Positions 12,071 to 21,383 of a stretch of 64,000 nt of DNA are shown piece after piece. Source of the stretch: Candidatus Dojkabacteria bacterium UBA2022. GTDB lineage: Bacteria > Patescibacteriota > Dojkabacteria > SC72. The notes beneath the pieces were generated by a model. It was not told the DNA's origin. It saw only the letters and a list, made by a program, of their open reading frames with translations, and made no database searches. The position numbers were made by a program, and so were the translations under genes. The stretch covers positions 9,249-73,248 of the forward strand of contig DDBW01000002.1 of NCBI GenBank assembly GCA_002335495.1. The letters run 5' to 3'. Every line of letters starts with the position of its first letter. Within the stretch, counting starts at the first letter, position 1.

Positions 12071-12961
12071 TTACGCCCCAAAAGTAATAAGCAGAACTCC
12101 AGCAACAGCAATCAGCGCCACTACTATTTTAAAGAGGATATTTACATGTTTAATATTGAATATAATTACTTCAAGAGCAATGATTACAAAAACAACAATA
12201 TTATCTACTGCATCAGCGAGTGGCAATTCTAAGTTCATACTTAGGGAGGTATAACGGAGAATATTGTATATAAAATAGAAGATGATTACGGGAGCAAGAT
12301 AGAGATATGCTTTAGTTTCTTTTAGCACTCGTAGCTGATGTTTTACCTCTTTCCTATCAAAGAAAATGAAGAAAGGAGTAACTAGAAGGATATCCAAAAA
12401 TTGATAGTAATGCGGGTTAACATCTAATACTACCAACTTTGAGGCACTATTTCCTAGGCCGTAAAGCAAAGCAGCAAGGAGAACATATTTAGTTGCTTTA
12501 TTAGGTGCGAAAACTTTCTTAAATCCTTCGATATGAAATCCTCCCATATTTATAAGAAAGACCGCAGTTGCAACCAAAACTACCCCACCCCATTGCACCA
12601 AAGCAACGGACTCATCAAAAATCAGCTTCCCCAGGATGGTTGTTATAATAATCGTAGACATTAAAACAATAGTCGAAGTACTAGCATCTTGATACTTAAA
12701 GCTGTTGTAGAAATTTTTATTTGCGTAGTACCAAAGTAATCCAGTGATGATTATCAGAGAAACTATTCTAATATCTAATTCAATCATTGGAGGTTTGAAG
12801 ATTATTAACCATATCCCACTTAGAATGAAGGTAACAATAGATCCAATAATTATTAAACTAACAGAGGTAATATCTTTAAATCTTTTTAGTAGATGACCGT
12901 TAATAGCCTCAGCAAAACCGAGGGATACAGCCCCTATCATCATTAAAAGTACTGGATTCAT
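12071..12961 (-). CDS. polytopic membrane protein, DMT/EamA-like transporter (tentative)
   Basis: 296 aa with about 10 predicted TM helices arranged as two repeated halves. No enzymatic motif. Confidence 0.45.
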   Translation of the reverse strand: MNPVLLMMIGAVSLGFAEAINGHLLKRFKDITSVSLIIIGSIVTFILSGIWLIIFKPPMIELDIRIVSLIIITGLLWYYANKNFYNSFKYQDASTSTIVLMSTIIITTILGKLIFDESVALVQWGGVVLVATAVFLINMGGFHIEGFKKVFAPNKATKYVLLAALLYGLGNSASKLVVLDVNPHYYQFLDILLVTPFFIFFDRKEVKHQLRVLKETKAYLYLAPVIIFYFIYNILRYTSLSMNLELPLADAVDNIVVFVIIALEVIIFNIKHVNILFKIVVALIAVAGVLLITFGA

Positions 12962-13000
12962 AGGAGAGATTATAGAGGAATATAACGTTAAAGAATAGTT

Positions 13001-13420
13001 CTAAACTACGTATTCAAAACGAAGGACGTTAGTAACTTCGTTATCTAAGTTTTCATCTGAATTATCTCCTAACTCTTCACAAGCAAATACATAGCTATAT
13101 GCCCCACCTATTGAATAATCATACCCAAATTTTCTTTTAGCAATAAATTGATCCTCTGGAATTTCAATGCTTAAGTATTGACGAGAAGCTTCCGTCTCGA
13201 ATTCATCTTCACGCACGACAATAATAAAAGAATTCCCTAACCTTACGACTTCAACAAATGATCCATCAGGAAGACGCTTACCGTTAAATGTAATTCCCCG
13301 CCCTTTCAAAAGCAGAGGCTCTTGAATTCTATCGACATCAACACTTTCATATGGATCATCTGCTGAGATAAGTTCAGAAACTCGCATTCTATAAGGAACA
13401 TTATCCATAACAATAAACAT
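13001..13420 (-). CDS. hypothetical protein
   Basis: The ORF extends to 13543. The internal Met at 13420 ('MFIVMDNVPYRM') avoids overlap with the divergent NUDIX gene. No recognisable motif. Confidence 0.35.
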   Translation of the reverse strand: MFIVMDNVPYRMRVSELISADDPYESVDVDRIQEPLLLKGRGITFNGKRLPDGSFVEVVRLGNSFIIVVREDEFETEASRQYLSIEIPEDQFIAKRKFGYDYSIGGAYSYVFACEELGDNSDENLDNEVTNVLRFEYVV

Positions 13421-13515
13421 AATATTAATAGTGGGAAATAGTGGGCAGAGATATATTCTATCTCCAATTTGCAGTATTATATCACTATAAATACCAATAA
13501 TGATATACTTAAAGC

Positions 13516-13896
13516 ATGAAAAATACAGTTGTAGTATCAGCAATTATTAAAAACGAAAAGGGAGAAGCACTTCTAATACATTACGATAAAGAAAAGGAGG
13601 GAGGAGTACTAATTCCCCCAGGAGGAAAGATGGAATTAGGAGAAAGCGCAAGAGAAACAGTTACAAGAGAATGCAAAGAAGAACTTGGAGTTGAAATAGA
13701 AGTTAAAGATTTAGTAGGAATTTCTGAGCTTGATTACGGAGATGGTAAACCTTGGATATTCCTGTTCTACTCTGCAGAAATAATAAATGGAACACCGCAA
13801 CCAATGGAAGCGAATAGAGTAGATGGAAAGGGATTTGATATCGTATACACAGAGATAGAAAATATGAATCACTTTAAGAATATAAGGTGGATTTAG
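13516..13896 (+). CDS. NUDIX hydrolase
   Basis: Nudix box 'GGKMELGESARETVTRECKEELGV' (GX5EX7REUXEEXGU). Confidence 0.75.
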   Translation: MKNTVVVSAIIKNEKGEALLIHYDKEKEGGVLIPPGGKMELGESARETVTRECKEELGVEIEVKDLVGISELDYGDGKPWIFLFYSAEIINGTPQPMEANRVDGKGFDIVYTEIENMNHFKNIRWI

Positions 13897-13900
13897 GAAT

Positions 13901-14740
13901 CTACTTTGTACTCATACTCCTGATAGCATTTAGAATGAATAACCTAACAGCCTCCATCATTATCTTTTCCTTTAGGATTTCCTCTTCATCTCCTTTAAAC
14001 ATCATTGGCATGTAAGCTTCCCGAACGTCCTCAATACCACAGATACAATCAAACCTATGAAGAAAAGATATATCCCTCGGCGGAGCCCAATTAGACCCAA
14101 CAGCTTCCATAAGGGAGACAAAGTATTGTAATTCTTTAGGATTAATATGGAGAAGCTCTTTATTTAAAATAAAATCATAAGGGGCTCTCGAGGTATTCCC
14201 ATCTTTCAATACAAAAAACTCCTGAACTGATCTACGTAGAGCAGAATAGGCTTCATCACCTTTAAAGCCGACAGTATCCACTAATGCCATGTGAGTCCTC
14301 GGAAAAACGCTTATAAATCCCTCCCAGTTTGGACGGATTGGTCTTTCCGTTTCCTCCCATCTCCTATAATCATCTGCCCCAATTTCTTCAATTCCAGATA
14401 TTCTTGATTGTAGGGATTCAATATTCATAGAGTTTGCACAAGCCTTCATCGCCGATCGATACTCTTCATCCATGAGGTTCACATAAAGCTCAGCGGATCC
14501 AGTCAGATATCTCTTATTTGCGAGCGCAAATTTATCTGCAATTTCTTTTGGCATATAGGAGTTATCCTCAAGAAGAGTATGGATATCAACGGAAGGCAAG
14601 TATACAACAAAAGGGTTTATATCAGGCTTCATTACAGAATCCATTCCCCATAATTCCCATTTCATATCGAAGGTAAGGCAATACAACACATGATCCTTAT
14701 CAACCCCACTAACCTCCTCATCCGTAAAGAATACTAACAA
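13901..14740 (-). CDS. hypothetical protein (279 aa)
   Basis: Intact ORF. The first codon is TTG and the first in-frame ATG is at 14665, so the start is uncertain. No recognisable domain. Confidence 0.45.
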   Translation of the reverse strand: MLVFFTDEEVSGVDKDHVLYCLTFDMKWELWGMDSVMKPDINPFVVYLPSVDIHTLLEDNSYMPKEIADKFALANKRYLTGSAELYVNLMDEEYRSAMKACANSMNIESLQSRISGIEEIGADDYRRWEETERPIRPNWEGFISVFPRTHMALVDTVGFKGDEAYSALRRSVQEFFVLKDGNTSRAPYDFILNKELLHINPKELQYFVSLMEAVGSNWAPPRDISFLHRFDCICGIEDVREAYMPMMFKGDEEEILKEKIMMEAVRLFILNAIRSMSTK

Positions 14741-14949
14741 CTCTGGATCCTCCTCCCCATTATCAAGAATAGCTGTACCTTATAAATTACCCCACCAACC
14801 TGAAGTAGTAAGCCGGAACTTACCTAACTTCTCCTGTGCTGCCAAAAAATTTGATTCAGGAATCATAACAAAACGAAATATTAATTATAGGGTATTATAT
14901 AACTACTACTAGGTAAGAACAATAAGCATTTTATTTATATACAAATTTG

Positions 14950-16152
14950 TTAAACAACCACTTCCCGCATCACTCCAAGCCTTCTATCATTATCCTCAAG
15001 CAAATGCATATGGTATGCAAAAACCCATTTATACTCATCAGCGACTCTTTCATGCATGTAATAGCATAGAAGATATTTAATTATTTCTTTAGGATTTATA
15101 TCAGAGACTTCCATTTCAAAATTGTCGAGAATAGTGATATCACAGGTTAGAATCTTGAGAAGGTCTTTAGGCTTTTCGGGGATTTTTAGACCGGAGATTT
15201 CATCGCTCGTATTTCCTCCATTATCAACACCTCTAAGCAAATTCTCCACAAAGAGATCAAGATTAGCATCGTTGAGATCATCTTTGAAGTACTCCCCTAA
15301 CCTATTTCCCACCAATCCAAGTCTCATTAACGGATCATTAAAGAAGATGAATGTGGTCGCAAGTGCCGGTTCAGAGCCGGGGTTATTTCCAATAAATACA
15401 TTATCTTTTCCATATCTATGAAGAAAATCTATGTTAAAGCCCTGTATTATCCTAGCTTTCTCCCAACTTTGATAATCTACTATATTATCACCAACAAAGA
15501 CTGCTCTTTGTTTTGTAAAGTGAGACGCAAAAGATAAAAGATCTAAAGCACTTTGTTTTCCCAATCGACTACCAGCATCCAAATCAGCAATACATAACCC
15601 ATTCCTAATTAGTGGGAATAATTTTTGTTCTGCGATTGATAGAGTATCATCTCCATTATCAAAATTCTCATTACCTGTAAGGGGAGCAACTGGAGGCAGG
15701 CCACGAGCCCTCAATTTAAATAGTCCCTCAAAAACGTCTTCAAATAACTTTGTATCTGTAAAGCTATAAAAATGCCTTCTCAGAAGACATAATTTTTCAA
15801 CATTTTCTCTTGTAGCGAATCCTTTCTGTTGAGTTATGTCTTCAAGCATAACTAGCCACATACCAAACCTTTCGTAATCAGTTGAAATAACTTTTCCCGA
15901 GTACTCTTCAACATTCCAAGGATCAAGGTATGGAAATAAATCGAAACCCATATCGTATAGGAATTGAGTGCATGCTTTACGGGACGAAGATATAGATGGA
16001 TAATCAACCTCCCCCACTTCTGGTGGAAACTCATTTTTATCCAATAACCGGGTGGCTGTAGAATCAATATCGATACATAAGTATGTATCTTTTAAGATTT
16101 CGTTAAGAGGAGATTCTTTTTTTGGAGTGGTTTCGAAACAAGGAGCCGCCAT
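14950..16152 (-). CDS. large HAD-like phosphatase-fold protein (400 aa, tentative)
   Basis: 'YLCIDIDSTATRL' matches HAD motif I (DxDxT) and 'VFVGDNIVD' matches motif IV (GDxxxD), separated by a large insert. The rest is novel. Confidence 0.45.
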   Translation of the reverse strand: MAAPCFETTPKKESPLNEILKDTYLCIDIDSTATRLLDKNEFPPEVGEVDYPSISSSRKACTQFLYDMGFDLFPYLDPWNVEEYSGKVISTDYERFGMWLVMLEDITQQKGFATRENVEKLCLLRRHFYSFTDTKLFEDVFEGLFKLRARGLPPVAPLTGNENFDNGDDTLSIAEQKLFPLIRNGLCIADLDAGSRLGKQSALDLLSFASHFTKQRAVFVGDNIVDYQSWEKARIIQGFNIDFLHRYGKDNVFIGNNPGSEPALATTFIFFNDPLMRLGLVGNRLGEYFKDDLNDANLDLFVENLLRGVDNGGNTSDEISGLKIPEKPKDLLKILTCDITILDNFEMEVSDINPKEIIKYLLCYYMHERVADEYKWVFAYHMHLLEDNDRRLGVMREVVV

Positions 16153-16197
16153 AATTATTATAAATTTGGCAGTTCATTAATATTCAATTATTAGTTT

Positions 16198-16610
16198 TGG
16201 TGGAGACGGTGGGAATCGAACCCACGTCCAAAAGCATCACATAAGACCGTTATACAAGCTTATTCCATCTTCTTTTACCAAGAATACCTGTAAGATGAAA
16301 AGAAAAGTATCCCTGACCAATATATATTCTCATCACTAAACCATACTGGGAAGTATTAGTGACATACCCTAATAACGACCGACTACCAAACCTGATTAGG
16401 GACAAATCGGGTAATCGTTAGTCTAATTAAAGACTAAACTTAGCCTAAGTAAGAGAGATTAAGTGAAGCACTAAGTCTTGCACCTACCTCTTGAACCTTA
16501 CCTAAGAAAGCGTTAACTGTATTTTTTGCAGTTATATTTTGTTGTTTTAAGAGCTACAACTCTGCTTGCGGTACATACGCTCTGACCTCTGTCGAAAGCC
16601 TTACGTCCCC
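16198..16610 (-). ncRNA. ssrA: tmRNA (ssrA)
   Basis: On the minus strand the 5' end reads 'GGGGACGUAAGGCUUUCGACAGAGG'. The 3' end reads 'GACGUGGGUUCGAUUCCCACCGUCUCCACCA', giving a T-arm plus a 7-bp acceptor stem (GGGGACG/CGUCUCC with one G-U pair) and an encoded CCA. The roughly 410-nt body has an internal ORF ending 'UAA GUU UAG'. The tag reading frame is not resolved. Confidence 0.7.
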
Positions 16611-16647
16611 TTTCCTGCCGATATTATACCATTTTTAGGCATTAATT

Positions 16648-17442
16648 TCACTTTGCAACCCCATATTTGTATGAGGAGTTCTTAGCCACCTGATCGAAGT
16701 ATAGAACGATATCAAGAATCTCTTCAGATGTTTTACCCTTTGGAATATACAAACTAAATTGTCCAGCCGGAGTGACGAAAGGATTTGCACCCATATAACA
16801 TGGATATCCAGGTCCAGCTTCTCCATCCATATTCTCAGCAGCACACGTTTCCTCGTCCTCAATACTTACATAATCTAACCAGTACCCAGCAGGAAATTCT
16901 GAAGTAGCGGCCCTACTCTCAACATTTCTAAGACGCCCAAGAGTGTAGGTTTGATTTTCAACTGTACCGGTCTTTAGCTTAACAATCTCAGCTCCCTCTT
17001 CAAAACCATTTGGAAATCCTTCTCCATAACTAAAAGTAAGGTTAAGTGTTGCATCTTCATAAGTCATCTTTATCCCAGTACACTCCTCATTAACATCTGT
17101 AAACTGTACTCCTCCATCATCCTCATAAACAATTGACATAGTCGGAGTCCTATCGGCACTCGCATATACCCATTTTTTACATACAATCTCCTTTGTAACC
17201 GTTTTAACTTCAGAAGAAGTATCTCCATCATTATCGACTGAAGTATCTGGAGTTTCTGGATTCTGGGAATCGTTATCAGAACTACCATCCTCCTTATCCT
17301 GATTACTACCTACCTGATTCTTTAACTGCGTATACTCACCCTTTAGATTAAAGTACATAAAACCAAATGTAGCCGTTCCAATAATAGAAAATACGCAAAG
17401 TATAGCAAGAACTATCACTAAAGCTTTTGTTTTCGGATCCAT
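16648..17442 (-). CDS. membrane-anchored acidic secreted protein, hypothetical
   Basis: N-terminal TM ('ALVIVLAILCVFSIIGTATFGFMYF'), then an Asp/Ser/Glu-rich linker and a Cys-containing globular region. Confidence 0.45.
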   Translation of the reverse strand: MDPKTKALVIVLAILCVFSIIGTATFGFMYFNLKGEYTQLKNQVGSNQDKEDGSSDNDSQNPETPDTSVDNDGDTSSEVKTVTKEIVCKKWVYASADRTPTMSIVYEDDGGVQFTDVNEECTGIKMTYEDATLNLTFSYGEGFPNGFEEGAEIVKLKTGTVENQTYTLGRLRNVESRAATSEFPAGYWLDYVSIEDEETCAAENMDGEAGPGYPCYMGANPFVTPAGQFSLYIPKGKTSEEILDIVLYFDQVAKNSSYKYGVAK

Positions 17443-17505
17443 GAACGATTTTAAATCATATTAATACTTAATAGTAACCCACATGGGAAAGGATAACAAT
17501 ATAGA

Positions 17506-18339
17506 CTACTTGAAACCTCTTATGTCCTCAAAAAGCATCTGCCCCGCCCATCCCCCAACTCCATTGAAATAACTGGAAATCCAACCCTGAACATCATCAT
17601 ATTTCATTTTCTGACTAACTCCGTAGTACTGATCCATTATTCTTTTAACCCAAACATCAAGAGGAATCACATGATCGTGCCTGAGAGAGTACAACAATAT
17701 ACAATCCGCCACCTTATCCCCAACCCCATTCAAACCCTTCAATAACTCTTTCGCTTCTCTATACGAAAGATCTTCTATATTCTTGAATACTCCCTTCCTA
17801 ACAAGCTGGGAAGCGTTAAAAATATACTTAGAACGAAAACCCGCCCCAGATTTAGCAATAGTATCTATATCTGAAATTGAAATATCTTCAAACTTCGGAA
17901 AAAGCTTTACCCTTTCCCCATCTACATTAATCACTTCTCCGTATAGATCTCTTAACTTCCTTATACAAACCCTTATCGCCTTTATACTTTTATTTGTTGC
18001 ACATAGATACTCTAATAAAGTATCCTCAAAATCCTGAGATAGTAGCCGCAATCCCGGGAAGTTACTTCTCGCCCTATCAACATACTTATCCTTTGGAAAG
18101 CGCTTTAAAATATCCTCATATTCATCATCAAGCCTTAAATATTTAGCAAGGAATTGATAATCATCTTTAACAGGATAGGTCTGCCAAAATATATAATCCC
18201 TCTTCCTCCTTATTTTAAGATATCTATCAGATGTGAATCCGTGAAAAGTATCTCCAACTAAATCCCAGCCAAAAGACTGCCCTCCAAGAAGCGACGTTCT
18301 TAAATCAAACAGAGGAAGATATAGTTTATTCATCCCCAA
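17506..18339 (-). CDS. ogg: 8-oxoguanine DNA glycosylase (OGG1-type HhH-GPD family)
   Basis: N-terminal 'LLGGQSFGW'. The HhH-GPD motif 'LKGLNGVGDKVADCILLYSL...D' has the catalytic Lys and Asp in the expected spacing. Confidence 0.7.
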   Translation of the reverse strand: MGMNKLYLPLFDLRTSLLGGQSFGWDLVGDTFHGFTSDRYLKIRRKRDYIFWQTYPVKDDYQFLAKYLRLDDEYEDILKRFPKDKYVDRARSNFPGLRLLSQDFEDTLLEYLCATNKSIKAIRVCIRKLRDLYGEVINVDGERVKLFPKFEDISISDIDTIAKSGAGFRSKYIFNASQLVRKGVFKNIEDLSYREAKELLKGLNGVGDKVADCILLYSLRHDHVIPLDVWVKRIMDQYYGVSQKMKYDDVQGWISSYFNGVGGWAGQMLFEDIRGFK

Positions 18340-18346
18340 TTATACC

Positions 18347-18907
18347 CTACTCCTGCCTGCCTTCAACTAAAGAAAGCAATACTGCAGAGGCCAAAACCAT
18401 CCTCTTATCCACTCCTTCACTCAAGATATCAATATCAAGTTTATACACAAAAGGATTGAATTGTTGTTTTAGATCCGCGACTTTCTCTCCAGCTATGAAG
18501 TAGTCATAGTTTTGAGGAATCAAGTTCATAACAAATCTTCGAATCAAAGCTAATCCCATGGAGTCTTCAACCATTGTTCCCACCTCATTATCTTTGTTAT
18601 CTAAAACGGTCCATTCGTCCCTCAATATGGAGTGAATTCCCTTACGCCTAACCGCACCAATAACACCATCAGAAGAAGAATCCTTAATGTCGTAAGTGGC
18701 AGATATATCAAATATGTTTCGAGCCTTAATAGAAAGCACCTCATCTTTCATATCCGAAGAGGTATAGAATTTCATCTCTTCCTTTAGTTTGAATGCTTTC
18801 TGTTTTGCATATAAAACAACATTACCATCGGCATCGAAGACTTCGAAAGTTGCTCCTAGAAAAGAAAGAATCTTTCTTCTAACTGTGTATCTATTTGATT
18901 CAAACAT
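18347..18907 (-). CDS. hypothetical protein, possibly LURP-one-related/tubby-like fold
   Basis: 186 aa. The weak resemblance (DUF567-like) rests on general pattern only. Confidence 0.3.
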   Translation of the reverse strand: MFESNRYTVRRKILSFLGATFEVFDADGNVVLYAKQKAFKLKEEMKFYTSSDMKDEVLSIKARNIFDISATYDIKDSSSDGVIGAVRRKGIHSILRDEWTVLDNKDNEVGTMVEDSMGLALIRRFVMNLIPQNYDYFIAGEKVADLKQQFNPFVYKLDIDILSEGVDKRMVLASAVLLSLVEGRQE

Positions 18908-18919
18908 GGTTAATAATTA

Positions 18920-19888
18920 TTAAAATTTAAAAATACGATCATTTAAAATATCTCCCTTAACCTTCTCTAACATTTCGATTGAATTCTCATAGTTTCTGGC
19001 ATAATCCCAATATCCTCCAATAACTCGGCTGCTTAGCATTAGCTTAAAAGCAAACTTAAAGTAATCTCTATCTTCACTAAGATTATCTACAAATAACGAA
19101 AGATACTGCTTAGCAAGATTGGGCAAGCTATATGTGTAATAGAGTTTTGAATACATAACCGCTACATCGAAAAACCTCGGAGAGCGAGCACTTGCTCTCT
19201 CCCCGTGGTACAAACATACCTTCCCCTTATGAAAAATAAAGTTGTAGGGCTCGAATTCATTATGGTTTAATCCTAGTGAGTCCATCTGCTCATACCCCTT
19301 AAGCAGATCAAGAAGTGGAGAAAGCTCATATCCATTAACTTCCTTAACAAAATTCTGAGCAACAGTAATATACGATTCAGCCCTCTCCTTTACAGACGAA
19401 AAACTTTTTCCCATCTGATCTTCAACCGTATTTTTGTATGTCTTAACATCTTTAATAGAATCTATCTGCAGATTAGATTTAATAATAGCTTCAAGACCTT
19501 CTTTGTTTCCATTTTTAATAATATCTACGTAACGATCCCCTTCAAAGAAGGAGGTTATAATATACGTAAAACCATTAAATGATCCGGAATCTATAACTTG
19601 TGGAATTCTAAGAAACTCACTCTCCTGGACTCGAGGATGCATAGCCTCATTCCATGATTTCTCGTTCAATAAAGCCTCATTAATTCCTTCTGAGGTACTC
19701 ATTTTAAAGACAGATGGTACACCTCCCCGACTTACTTTTAATATGTAATACCTTCCTTTAGAAAATACTTTATCAACAACATATCCCTGCTCCTGCAAAA
19801 ATATATCAACAGAGTAAAAATCTAGATTACCGGCCACACCATATGAAGTTCCTTTTTGAGTTTTGAAATTCTCAACTAAAGCGTTCAT
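18920..19888 (-). CDS. protein-kinase-like fold phosphotransferase (APH/CotS-like), atypical catalytic loop
   Basis: 322 aa. 'YYILKVSR' looks like a beta3-Lys region. 'LNHNEFEPYNF' resembles the H-x-D-x4-N catalytic loop with Asp replaced by Glu. 'FFDVA' resembles a degenerate DFG. Confidence 0.35.
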   Translation of the reverse strand: MNALVENFKTQKGTSYGVAGNLDFYSVDIFLQEQGYVVDKVFSKGRYYILKVSRGGVPSVFKMSTSEGINEALLNEKSWNEAMHPRVQESEFLRIPQVIDSGSFNGFTYIITSFFEGDRYVDIIKNGNKEGLEAIIKSNLQIDSIKDVKTYKNTVEDQMGKSFSSVKERAESYITVAQNFVKEVNGYELSPLLDLLKGYEQMDSLGLNHNEFEPYNFIFHKGKVCLYHGERASARSPRFFDVAVMYSKLYYTYSLPNLAKQYLSLFVDNLSEDRDYFKFAFKLMLSSRVIGGYWDYARNYENSIEMLEKVKGDILNDRIFKF

Positions 19889-19898
19889 TATATAGCTG

Positions 19899-20621
19899 TT
19901 ATCCCTGTAAATGATTAATCAAATCCATTCTCTTCACACTAACTTTTGGATTTCTTGTAAGCATGAAAATAATCGCCTCTACCGACTCCTTTGAATCAAA
20001 CATCCAAGGCTCATGAGTTGCATAGTCCATCCCGACCTTCTTAAAGAATTCAGTCTCCATTCCACCTGGATAAAATCCCATAACTCTTAAGTTTTTTCCA
20101 TCAAACTCTTTTGCAAGAGCTTCCGTAAACGCCTGTACTCCCCACTTCAAAGCTGAGTAGACAGTGTGGTAATATCCCGAGGGAATTTCAACGCCTGCCA
20201 CACTTGAGACGTTAAGAATTTGAGAAAAGTCAGATTTAAGTAAGGAAGGAAGAAGTAATCTAGTAGTAAGTATGGCTCCAGTAAGATTAGAATTTGTGAG
20301 AGTAGGGATATCCTCTGGCAATATATCGATAGTATCCCCTTCCTGCCACATGCCCGCGTTGTTAATCAAAATATCTAAACCTCCAAGCCCACCCATCTCC
20401 TTTATTAAATCAGTTTCGTTATTGAAATCGCACATTACAAAAGAATGCCCTTCCCCATCTAATAACTTCATTACACCATCTATTCTATCCTGGTTTCTTC
20501 CATGCACGATAATTTTGCACCCTAACTTAGAAAGTTCAATTGCAAGTTCCTTGCCAAGTCCCGACGTGGATCCGGTTACAAGTACTTTTTTTTCTTTTAA
20601 ATCATACATAAATATTAACAC
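19899..20621 (-). CDS. short-chain dehydrogenase/reductase (SDR)
   Basis: 'VLVTGSTSGLGKELA' (TGxxxGxG), 'NNAG', and 'YSALKWGVQAF' (YxxxK). The true start may be the Met at 20606. Confidence 0.75.
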   Translation of the reverse strand: MLIFMYDLKEKKVLVTGSTSGLGKELAIELSKLGCKIIVHGRNQDRIDGVMKLLDGEGHSFVMCDFNNETDLIKEMGGLGGLDILINNAGMWQEGDTIDILPEDIPTLTNSNLTGAILTTRLLLPSLLKSDFSQILNVSSVAGVEIPSGYYHTVYSALKWGVQAFTEALAKEFDGKNLRVMGFYPGGMETEFFKKVGMDYATHEPWMFDSKESVEAIIFMLTRNPKVSVKRMDLINHLQG

Positions 20622-21341
20622 CTATAATTTAGATTTATATAAAGCAATTCCAACGGCAATAGAAAGGTTTAAAGAATCAATATCTTTATTATGTTCTATG
20701 TAAACAGGAGTACCGAATTGTTTAGCTTCCTCTGGCAACCCACTCCCCTCGTTACCGAAAACCAATGAGTGAGGATTTTCAAAAGTAACTTCCTCTAATT
20801 TTGTAGCCCCATCAAGCATAAACAAGTAATTCTTTCTATTTGGGAAAACTTTGTAGTAGTCATCTAGAGAATCAAAGTATTCAAAATTAATGGAGAACAG
20901 GGCTCCCATTGCAGATCTTACAATGGTTGGATCGAAAATATCGGCAGCAGGCTTTATTATAGCTAGATCCTTATACCCAAATCCGACCATGGTACGAATA
21001 ATGGTACCAAGATTACCCATATTTCGAGGCTGAGCAAGCACCACATGATTCCTTCCTTCATCTATCTGAGTATCGTACTTCTTAAAAACTCCCATTGCAT
21101 ATGTGTTCTCTTTATATGCAATTTTATCTACAATCCAATCGTTAACTTCATATTTAATCCCCTTCTCTTCGCAAAGAGAAACCACTTCATCAACCCCTTC
21201 GCTTCCAAAACCTTCTTTCTTTAAAACAATCTTAATTACTTTATCGCTATGGTATTTAAGTAGGTCAATAGTTGGATAAGTACCAAAGGTATAGGAGTAT
21301 TCAAAATCCTTTTGATATCTCTTAAGTTTAATATCATTCAT
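20622..21341 (-). CDS. SpoU/TrmH-family RNA 2'-O-methyltransferase (RlmB-like)
   Basis: 'VVLAQPRNMGNLGTIIRTMVGFG', 'LVFGNEGSGLPEE' and 'LNLSIAVGIALYK' are the SPOUT motifs 1 to 3. Confidence 0.75.
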   Translation of the reverse strand: MNDIKLKRYQKDFEYSYTFGTYPTIDLLKYHSDKVIKIVLKKEGFGSEGVDEVVSLCEEKGIKYEVNDWIVDKIAYKENTYAMGVFKKYDTQIDEGRNHVVLAQPRNMGNLGTIIRTMVGFGYKDLAIIKPAADIFDPTIVRSAMGALFSINFEYFDSLDDYYKVFPNRKNYLFMLDGATKLEEVTFENPHSLVFGNEGSGLPEEAKQFGTPVYIEHNKDIDSLNLSIAVGIALYKSKL

Positions 21342-21383
21342 AGTTAATTATATAACGAAAAGGAAAATATTGCCCAACGAGAA

